Source: a virus (lineage: Duplodnaviria; Heunggongvirae; Uroviricota; Caudoviricetes). From it: a stretch of 30,620 bases of DNA. This document shows, piece after piece, positions 1 to 5,119 of the stretch (position 1 is its first letter; every line of letters starts with the position of its first letter). The notes under the pieces are model-generated. The model saw only the letters and a list, made by a program, of their open reading frames with translations. It was not told the DNA's origin and did not search any database. The stretch spans positions 1 through 30,620 of the IMG/VR virus record IMGVR_UViG_3300032050_000049; one strand, written 5' to 3'. The translations under genes and the position numbers were made by a program.

Positions 1-23
1 AGATAAAAAAGTAGTAAGTAATA

Positions 24-40
24 GTTCTTTAACAAATTTT
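24..40 (+). promoter_or_regulatory. boxA-like antitermination element upstream of tRNA-Lys
   Basis: GTTCTTTAACA at 24-34 fits the rrn boxA consensus GYTCTTTAANA; related motifs recur at 602, 785, 1653, 2109 and 2213. Confidence 0.55.
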
Positions 41-43
41 AAT

Positions 44-120
44 GGCCTTGTAGCTCAGTTGGTAGTAGCAGAAGCCTTTTAAGCTTTTGGTCGTGGGTTC
101 GAGTCCCACCGGGGCCACCA
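44..120 (+). tRNA. tRNA-Lys(TTT)
   Basis: Acceptor GGCCTTG/CGGGGCC, anticodon arm GAAGC-CTTTTAA-GCTTT, T arm GTGGG-TTCGAGT-CCCAC, encoded CCA. Confidence 0.95.
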
Positions 121-124
121 TTTT

Positions 125-338
125 AACTGGTAATAAACGAAGTAAATCATATATTGTGGGACAACTACACTTTTAAGTATCGTGATTGATTACGAAAGCA
201 TTTTTTCCGTGTAGAATTTGACTTTCATCATTAAACATATTAAATGATTAACCCAAACACAACTGTGTGCTGTGCTGAAAAATGTCCGCTACACAGCGAT
301 GCTTACGTAGATAAGTAACTCAATGAATATTACCAGTT
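125..338 (+). ncRNA. candidate structured RNA A between tRNA-Lys and tRNA-Glu
   Basis: Perfect 11-bp closing helix AACTGGTAATA(125-135)/TATTACCAGTT(328-338) enclosing nested helices 165-170/209-214, 180-185/190-195, 227-232/243-248, 269-274/292-297 and 300-305/312-317; strand assumed from the flanking tRNAs. Confidence 0.5.
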
Positions 339-346
339 CATTTAAC

Positions 347-422
347 GGAGTCATCGTCTAACGGTTTAGGATAATTCCCTTTCACGGAATAGATCAGAGT
401 TCGATTCTCTGTGGCTCTACCA
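347..422 (+). tRNA. tRNA-Glu(TTC)
   Basis: Acceptor GGAGTCA/TGGCTCT, anticodon arm ATTCC-CTTTCAC-GGAAT, T arm CAGAG-TTCGATT-CTCTG, CCA end. Confidence 0.93.
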
Positions 423-429
423 TTTGATG

Positions 430-587
430 TTTGGTTGTATAGCTAAGAAAAACAACTTGGTGGAGGGTATATAACCAAAATGCCCCTAGAGTTGGAAGTT
501 CTCTTAAAAAACTTCTTGGTTGCGGGGTTAGCGCATGGTATACTCTGTTTGTTGGGTGGATAGAGTATTCAATAGATACACCCAACA
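430..587 (+). ncRNA. candidate structured RNA B ending in an H-type pseudoknot
   Basis: 12-bp helix 430-441/468-479, hairpin 495-500/510-515, pseudoknot S1 ATACTCT(540-546)/AGAGTAT(562-568) with S2 TGTTGGGTG(550-558)/CACCCAACA(579-587). Confidence 0.5.
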
Positions 588-623
588 TAATTTTTAGGAT
601 AGTTCTTTATAAACAATTTAAAC

Positions 624-698
624 AGCTGGCGGCAGGTTATTATTTGACGATGGCTCATAACCATTGGTAACTAAGTGAGATTCTTAGGCGAGCGACCA
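624..698 (+). tRNA. aberrant tRNA-like gene, anticodon CAT
   Basis: Anticodon arm GATGG-CTCATAA-CCATT, T arm CTAAG-TGAGATT-CTTAG, acceptor AGCTGGC/GCGAGCG with 1:72 and 5:68 mismatches, ACCA end; D arm poorly paired. Confidence 0.6.
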
Positions 699-706
699 TT
701 TGTAAT

Positions 707-778
707 GGCTGGGGCTTCAGCAAGCAAGATTCTTTCATACGGAATCTTTAATGAGGGCAGCACTCATACCAGCTACCA
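707..778 (+). tRNA. aberrant tRNA-like gene, anticodon CAT, miniature D loop
   Basis: Acceptor GGCTGG/CCAGCT, D arm GCTT-CAGC-AAGC, anticodon arm GATTCT-TTCATAC-GGAATC, T arm ATGAG-GGCAGCA-CTCAT, ACCA end. Confidence 0.6.
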
Positions 779-853
779 TTTATTGTTCCTTGAAATTTTA
801 ACTTTTGTGTAAATAAAATGTATTCTTGTTTGGCTCTCTAATATATATTAGAT

Positions 854-1633
854 ATGACAGAAGAAGAATACTTGTTAAATCCAAATAAATGTAATGTTTG
901 TAGTTCTATAATAAAATACAATTCTAGAGCTAGAGAAAGAAATAGAAAATATTGTAGTTTGCAATGTTTTGCAAAATCAAGGACTATACTCTCTATTGAT
1001 GATTATGAAAAAAATCCATTAAAATGCTGTGAATGTAATCAGATAATTTTGTTTTCTAAAAAAAGAAAACGAAAAAAAGTATATTTTTGTGGCAATAAAT
1101 GTGCGGCTATTTATAGAGGTAGAAACTTTAAGTTAAGTGATGCTGGACTAAAAAGTTTAATAGAAAAACATAAGGTAATACAGAAGAAAGTTTGGACTAA
1201 AGAAAAAAGGTTGGAACATTCATTGAAAATGAAGAAAGCAGTGGATGATAATCCAGAATCTTATTCTAGTAAAAATGTTTGTGGTAGAGTTAAAACAATT
1301 AAGACTATAGATAGTTTAGGTAATGAAACTAGTTGTCTTGGTAAATGGGAATTATTGGTAATAGATTATTTAAACAAAAATAATATAAGATGGTCAAATA
1401 AGATTGAAGAAAATTTCCAATATTATTGGAATGAATCTTACCACAGATATTTTCCAGACTTTAAATTATTAGATTATGATAATGTCTTTATTGAAGTTAA
1501 AGGATATGAAAGAGATAGAGACAAAGCTAAGTGGGAACAATTTCCACATAAACTAATAATTATAAAAAAAGAAGAAATTGAAAAGTTAAAAACAAATAAA
1601 TTTCAGTTGACTTTTGAAAATTTGACACTATAG
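854..1633 (+). CDS. putative free-standing (homing-type) endonuclease: N-terminal CxxC/YCSxxC zinc-binding repeats plus C-terminal PD-(D/E)XK domain
   Basis: CNVC..YCSLQC and CCEC..FCGNKC repeats; C-terminal WE..YFPDF..FIEVKG motif typical of PD-(D/E)XK nucleases; located inside the tRNA array. Confidence 0.7.
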   Translation: MTEEEYLLNPNKCNVCSSIIKYNSRARERNRKYCSLQCFAKSRTILSIDDYEKNPLKCCECNQIILFSKKRKRKKVYFCGNKCAAIYRGRNFKLSDAGLKSLIEKHKVIQKKVWTKEKRLEHSLKMKKAVDDNPESYSSKNVCGRVKTIKTIDSLGNETSCLGKWELLVIDYLNKNNIRWSNKIEENFQYYWNESYHRYFPDFKLLDYDNVFIEVKGYERDRDKAKWEQFPHKLIIIKKEEIEKLKTNKFQLTFENLTL

Positions 1634-1634
1634 T
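1607..1634 (+). promoter_or_regulatory. sigma70-like promoter for downstream tRNAs
   Basis: TTGACT(1607-1612)-16 nt-TATAGT(1629-1634), overlapping the endonuclease stop; followed by boxA-like GTTCTTTTAAAA at 1653 and tRNA-fMet. Confidence 0.5.
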
Positions 1635-1667
1635 TAGTATATAAGATTTGATGTTCTTTTAAAAATT

Positions 1668-1744
1668 TGCGGGGTAGATCAACGGAATAGATCGTCCGGC
1701 TCATAACCGGAAGGTAGAGTGTTCAATTCACTCCCCCGCTACCA
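1668..1744 (+). tRNA. initiator-type tRNA-fMet(CAT)
   Basis: Acceptor TGCGGGG/CCCCGCT with an unpaired 1:72 position, anticodon arm TCCGG-CTCATAA-CCGGA, overall similarity to bacterial tRNA-fMet. Confidence 0.88.
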
Positions 1745-1750
1745 TTTAGT

Positions 1751-1844
1751 GGTTCCGTAGTTTAACGGTAGAACGCAACGCTTATAACGTTGATAAGCTC
1801 TAGATTTGAGCACGGTCTCGGTTCGAATCCGGGCGGAACCACCA
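1751..1844 (+). tRNA. tRNA with TAT (Ile) anticodon and long variable arm
   Basis: Acceptor GGTTCCG/CGGAACC, anticodon arm CAACG-CTTATAA-CGTTG, variable arm GCTC-TAGATTT-GAGC, T arm CTCGG-TTCGAAT-CCGGG, ACCA. Confidence 0.88.
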
Positions 1845-1865
1845 AATTTAGGAACTATATCGTGC

Positions 1866-1960
1866 GTAGAGAAACATTAATAATGACTCTACTATTCGTG
1901 AAAGTCTAACGGTAACTCTTCCATATCGTAAATGATGGTGCAAATCCATTGGAAGAACAA
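1866..1960 (+). ncRNA. candidate RNA C: hairpin plus acceptor/T-arm minihelix
   Basis: Hairpin GTAGAG(1866-1871)/CTCTAC(1887-1892); 7-bp TCTTCCA(1917-1923)/TGGAAGA(1950-1956) stacked on ATGG-TGCAAAT-CCAT, ending ACAA. Confidence 0.35.
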
Positions 1961-1968
1961 TTTTAAAT

Positions 1969-2045
1969 GGCTAGGTAGCCCAAAGGCAGGAGGCAGCACT
2001 CTCAAAAAGTGTACAGTGTCAGTTCGAATCTGACCCTAGCTACCA
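1969..2045 (+). tRNA. tRNA-Leu(CAA), short variable loop
   Basis: Acceptor GGCTAGG/CCTAGCT, anticodon arm GCACT-CTCAAAA-AGTGT, 5-nt variable loop ACAGT, T arm GTCAG-TTCGAAT-CTGAC, ACCA. Confidence 0.9.
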
Positions 2046-2061
2046 TTTTTTGAAAAAGCAG

Positions 2062-2089
2062 TTGACATCAGAAGATGATGTGGTAAGAT
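2062..2089 (+). promoter_or_regulatory. strong sigma70-like promoter with extended -10
   Basis: TTGACA(2062-2067)-16 nt-TAAGAT(2084-2089) with TG at 2081-2082; followed by boxA-like GTTCTTTAAACAATTTA at 2109. Confidence 0.7.
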
Positions 2090-2126
2090 AAAAGAGTAGT
2101 AAGTGATGGTTCTTTAAACAATTTAT

Positions 2127-2202
2127 GCCTATGTAGACCAACGGCAGAGTCACGAAACTTAAAATTTCGGTAGTACTGGTTCGAATCCAGTCATAGGCAC
2201 CA
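2127..2202 (+). tRNA. tRNA-Leu(TAA), short variable loop
   Basis: Acceptor GCCTATG/CATAGGC, anticodon arm CGAAA-CTTAAAA-TTTCG, 5-nt variable loop GTAGT, T arm ACTGG-TTCGAAT-CCAGT, ACCA. Confidence 0.9.
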
Positions 2203-2212
2203 TTTTTTGATA

Positions 2213-2228
2213 GTTCTTTAACAATTTA
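2213..2228 (+). promoter_or_regulatory. boxA-like element upstream of candidate RNA D
   Basis: GTTCTTTAACAATTTA differs at one position from the E. coli rrn leader sequence GCTCTTTAACAATTTA. Confidence 0.6.
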
Positions 2229-2514
2229 AGATAGTGGCGGAACAACCTTTGTATAGGGGTAACGCACAATAGTGGTGAAGAATCATTATTGGTTGGAGTA
2301 ATAATGTGCAGTGTAAGTCTATGGCGGATTGTGGGTCGTACAACCTATAATTCAAGCGTAACGACATCGTAGCTAAAATAAATGATATATCGTAGGTCGT
2401 TGTGGGAAACCAATCCCATCAATCGTTAACATAGAGAGTAATTAACTTTATGGATTGTGGATGAATAACGGTGCATATTGTGAAACTTGGAGGTAATCAT
2501 TAGTCCTTCCTATT
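2229..2514 (+). ncRNA. candidate large structured RNA D (about 285 nt)
   Basis: No credible ORF; helices 2265-2271/2476-2482, 2284-2290/2300-2306, 2360-2365/2396-2401, 2403-2407/2414-2418, 2420-2424/2453-2457, 2430-2436/2446-2452; possible loop-loop pairing TTGGTT(2289-2294)/AACCAA(2408-2413). Confidence 0.6.
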
Positions 2515-2525
2515 TGAATTTAAAT

Positions 2526-2598
2526 GCGGGTCAAGTGTAAAGAGGGCACGCTGGTCTACCAGATCAGAAGGCGAAATGCAAAGTTCGGACCCGCTCCA
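2526..2598 (+). tRNA. tRNA-Gly-like with ACC anticodon and atypical T arm
   Basis: Acceptor GCGGGTC/GACCCGC with U73 discriminator (bacterial Gly-like), anticodon arm CTGGT-CTACCAG-ATCAG, T arm CGAA-ATGCAAAG-TTCG. Confidence 0.75.
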
Positions 2599-2611
2599 GT
2601 TTTTTTAAAAT

Positions 2612-2704
2612 GGCTCTGTGATGTATGGTGCATGGGCAGACTTATAATCTGTATAATCCCTAGATTTGGGTGCTGATAGGGTTCAATTCCCTACGGAGCC
2701 ACCA
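2612..2704 (+). tRNA. second tRNA with TAT (Ile) anticodon and long variable arm
   Basis: Acceptor GGCTCTG/CGGAGCC, anticodon arm GCAGA-CTTATAA-TCTGT, variable arm CCC-TAGATTT-GGG, T arm TAGGG-TTCAATT-CCCTA, ACCA. Confidence 0.87.
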
Positions 2705-2727
2705 TTTTTTAAAGTAAAAGTATTTAC

Positions 2728-2803
2728 GGGTCAATAGCTCAATGGTTAGAGCGTAGAACTCATAATTCTTTGGTTATCGGTTCAAGTCCGGTTTGACCCA
2801 CCA
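2728..2803 (+). tRNA. tRNA with CAT anticodon, probably Ile2 (lysidine type); elongator Met not excluded
   Basis: Acceptor GGGTCAA/TTGACCC, D arm GCTC-AATGGTTA-GAGC, CTCATAA loop, TTCAAGT T loop; layout resembles bacterial tRNA-Ile2. Confidence 0.85.
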
Positions 2804-2806
2804 AAT

Positions 2807-4039
2807 TTAAGTTAGTTCTCTTATAACGAGTGCTGGGTATATTGTGTAAGTATTATTATAGGTTTTTATACCAATGGCTAATATGTCGCTTGTATTATCT
2901 ATTTTTCTACCCAACCCATAATATGGATCCAGTGCTACTTTATCACCAACGCCTGCTCCGCCTGTGCCGGAAAAGTATCCTGTTGCTATGACTGTACCAG
3001 GATTTATAATGACATTACCTGTATTGGTTGTGGCTATTTGTGTGACTACTGATCCTGTGACATTGAGCCAAGTTAAAGGGTCTGTAACAGTTGGATTAAC
3101 TAGCAAATCCCATCTACCACTAAAAGGACTATTATTGCCTGGTTCTGCTAAAAAATCCAATTGTTCTGGTATTATTTGAGCGCATTTTGAAGAGATGCTA
3201 TTGTATCTTAAAAATAATACGCCATCGTATTCTGCTGAAGCAATTGCAGCTCCTGCATAATTTGCTGCTACTACTCTTTTTCCGGTGTTTTGAAAACCGC
3301 CTTCGCTTATGACTGTACTACATATTTGTGTCAGTAAGCTGCCAGTTGTAGTATTTTTGTGGGTAGTTATTTCGAATCTAATAGGCAAATTGGGATTACG
3401 TAGATACACTGTTTCTAAACTATTGTAGTTATTTATTTCGTGTACATAAATTACTATACCTTTTTGTACCACGCCATATCTTACTCTACCCACGCCTAAC
3501 CATTCATAATCTATTGTATAAATTTGTGCTTTATTGGTATCTAATATGTTACCGCTTGGACCTGATCCATTCATTTTATCTAGGTTCCAACTACTTTGAC
3601 TGACAAAAGTATCAGTTTTGATCTTATTAATAGTTTTTCTAAGTACAATGCCAAAGCTACTGCCACTACTCTGAAAGAAGTATCCATCATCATCATCAAA
3701 GCTACCTATGCTCTTTTTTATACCGTCTACTCCCGTACCAAATTTACTTGTGCAAATGACTTGCTGACTTTTACCCGGTTGATAAACAAATATTCGTTTG
3801 GTTTGTTTTATAGCTCTACTACCACTTGTTTGTGTAACTCTAAATGTGCTTTGAGCACTACCACTATTCCAAGTTACAGTAGCACTTCCTACTGTTTTGA
3901 TATCAAAATAGAAGCTGCCACTATCTACAATTTGTTTGCTATCAAATAGTGTGGTTGGATTGCTTACACGCCATTTGCCAAATGCATCTATACTTGGACT
4001 ATCAGCTGCTAATATTTGTGTTTTTTCGAAGTATGACAT
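2807..4039 (-). CDS. conserved phage protein, probably virion structural
   Basis: 410 aa ORF; motifs DAFGKWRVSNPTTLFDS, YQPGKS, WNLDKMNGSGPSG and DYEWLGVGRVR resemble a family I recall from aquatic phage structural regions (not searched). Confidence 0.6.
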   Translation of the reverse strand: MSYFEKTQILAADSPSIDAFGKWRVSNPTTLFDSKQIVDSGSFYFDIKTVGSATVTWNSGSAQSTFRVTQTSGSRAIKQTKRIFVYQPGKSQQVICTSKFGTGVDGIKKSIGSFDDDDGYFFQSSGSSFGIVLRKTINKIKTDTFVSQSSWNLDKMNGSGPSGNILDTNKAQIYTIDYEWLGVGRVRYGVVQKGIVIYVHEINNYNSLETVYLRNPNLPIRFEITTHKNTTTGSLLTQICSTVISEGGFQNTGKRVVAANYAGAAIASAEYDGVLFLRYNSISSKCAQIIPEQLDFLAEPGNNSPFSGRWDLLVNPTVTDPLTWLNVTGSVVTQIATTNTGNVIINPGTVIATGYFSGTGGAGVGDKVALDPYYGLGRKIDNTSDILAIGIKTYNNTYTIYPALVIRELT

Positions 4040-4042
4040 AAA

Positions 4043-4591
4043 TTATAATATCCAATATTGATTTGTTCCGTCGCTTTGTACTACCATATTTGTTCCTTTA
4101 TGAGAGATACTTTGAGTTAGATCGTAGTCTATAAATGAAGCGTTTGAGACTGTGACATTAACGCGGTGTCCACTAGTATCTATTTTCTTTATATTATAGA
4201 TGTTAGTATTACCCACTGGATTTGGTAATTTGACATCAAATGATCCACTTGTAGCATCGCATAAGATTGTATAATCGGTAGTATATGATATTGTATAGTT
4301 ATTAAATATTTTTTTAACAGGATAGCTTACATTTGTTATTTGTATATAGCTTGCTGTGACTGTATAAAGTGCCCAACTGGATGTGATTGGGTAGGTGCTA
4401 CCAGTTTGCATTATGGGGCAACTACAAGGTGCGTAACTAGCGCTTAAAGAATTGCTTGATGTTACATTTAAAAGTTGAATTTGGCTGCCTGTGCCATTGA
4501 GGACTAAGCTACTACTGTAGATTTGGAGTAATCTGGGATATGACTCACAAATTTTTTGTGTATTTAGATTTTGAGATGGAAACTGAGGCAT
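4043..4591 (-). CDS. small tail-fibre-associated structural protein
   Basis: Carries the TGSTYPITSSW/ASY linker shared with the fibre genes; C-terminal CDATSGSFDVKLP..IKKID..SDG..W beta domain typical of phage fibre appendages. Confidence 0.55.
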   Translation of the reverse strand: MPQFPSQNLNTQKICESYPRLLQIYSSSLVLNGTGSQIQLLNVTSSNSLSASYAPCSCPIMQTGSTYPITSSWALYTVTASYIQITNVSYPVKKIFNNYTISYTTDYTILCDATSGSFDVKLPNPVGNTNIYNIKKIDTSGHRVNVTVSNASFIDYDLTQSISHKGTNMVVQSDGTNQYWIL

Positions 4592-4606
4592 ATCATATTA
4601 TATTAA

Positions 4607-5119
4607 TTATAAATCTTTTTGTAGTAGATTTTTAATTAATTCTTTTTTTGCCTCTTTATTTAATTTACCGTTTGATTTTATCTTTTTGATTTCCTCATTA
4701 AGATTTCTCAATAGATTTTGTTTTGCATTTTCTACTGATTGTGATTTTTCTACAACAACTTCTTTTTGTTCTTCTTTGAGTTTAATTTCTACAAGTGGTG
4801 ATTGTTTGATATTTTTGATTTCTTTGATTTCCACCTTATTATAATTATCAAATTGTACTTCACTTTCCCACGGGGTAACCAATTGATTTTCTACAATGAC
4901 TTCCAATTTAATCTTGGCAGTATCACTTTCAGTAAAGTACTTTTTGAGACTCTTGATGGGTACAGTGATAGTATTTTTATCTACGCTGCCAAAGAATACT
5001 AAGTTAACATCTTCACTTTCAATGATCAATCGAGCTGAGCTATTTTTGTAAGAAGCATTTTTAATACTAGCTTCACATTCAAATGTTTCTTCTTTATCCA
5101 AGTAAATTTTGTAGCTCAT
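4607..5119 (-). CDS. hypothetical protein
   Basis: 170 aa ORF packed in the minus-strand block; charged, likely helical C-terminus. Confidence 0.7.
   Translation of the reverse strand: MSYKIYLDKEETFECEASIKNASYKNSSARLIIESEDVNLVFFGSVDKNTITVPIKSLKKYFTESDTAKIKLEVIVENQLVTPWESEVQFDNYNKVEIKEIKNIKQSPLVEIKLKEEQKEVVVEKSQSVENAKQNLLRNLNEEIKKIKSNGKLNKEAKKELIKNLLQKDL

Noticed and set aside
394-588. 64-aa minus-strand ORF
   Set aside because: Overlaps tRNA-Glu antisense and the structured RNA B region; non-ATG start and no protein features
836-852. Palindrome TCTAATATATATTAGA before the endonuclease start
   Set aside because: AT-only core; could be an operator or a hairpin hiding the start region, but indistinguishable from chance without homologues
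121-1960. tRNA-associated HDV-like (theta) or hammerhead ribozymes in the tRNA trailers
   Set aside because: I could not find the nested P1/P3/L3/J4-2 pattern or CTGATGA..GAAA core by eye; a covariance-model search is needed to exclude them
2371-2394. tmRNA interpretation of RNA D or RNA B (tag-like AKINDIS* at 2372-2395 and AKKNNLVEGI* at 442-474)
   Set aside because: No tRNA-Ala-like domain with G3:U70 and terminal T arm/CCA, and the tags lack an Ala-Ala end; probably chance in A-rich sequence
44-2803. Stop-codon reassignment
   Set aside because: No CTA/TCA/TTA suppressor anticodon; long ORFs are intact in code 11 and end in TAA, TAG (1633) and TGA (7512, 9765, 14342, 24028)
2964-3949. 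Plus-strand ORFs 2964-3179 and 3596-3949, and other short overlapping ORFs (4802, 5973, 6068, 7593, 8901, 8980, 9957, 12409, 13019, 13330, 13538, 21019, 23084, 23391, 25998, 27436, 28276, 28712, 30302)
   Set aside because: All nested in or opposite longer, better supported genes, with no recognisable motifs
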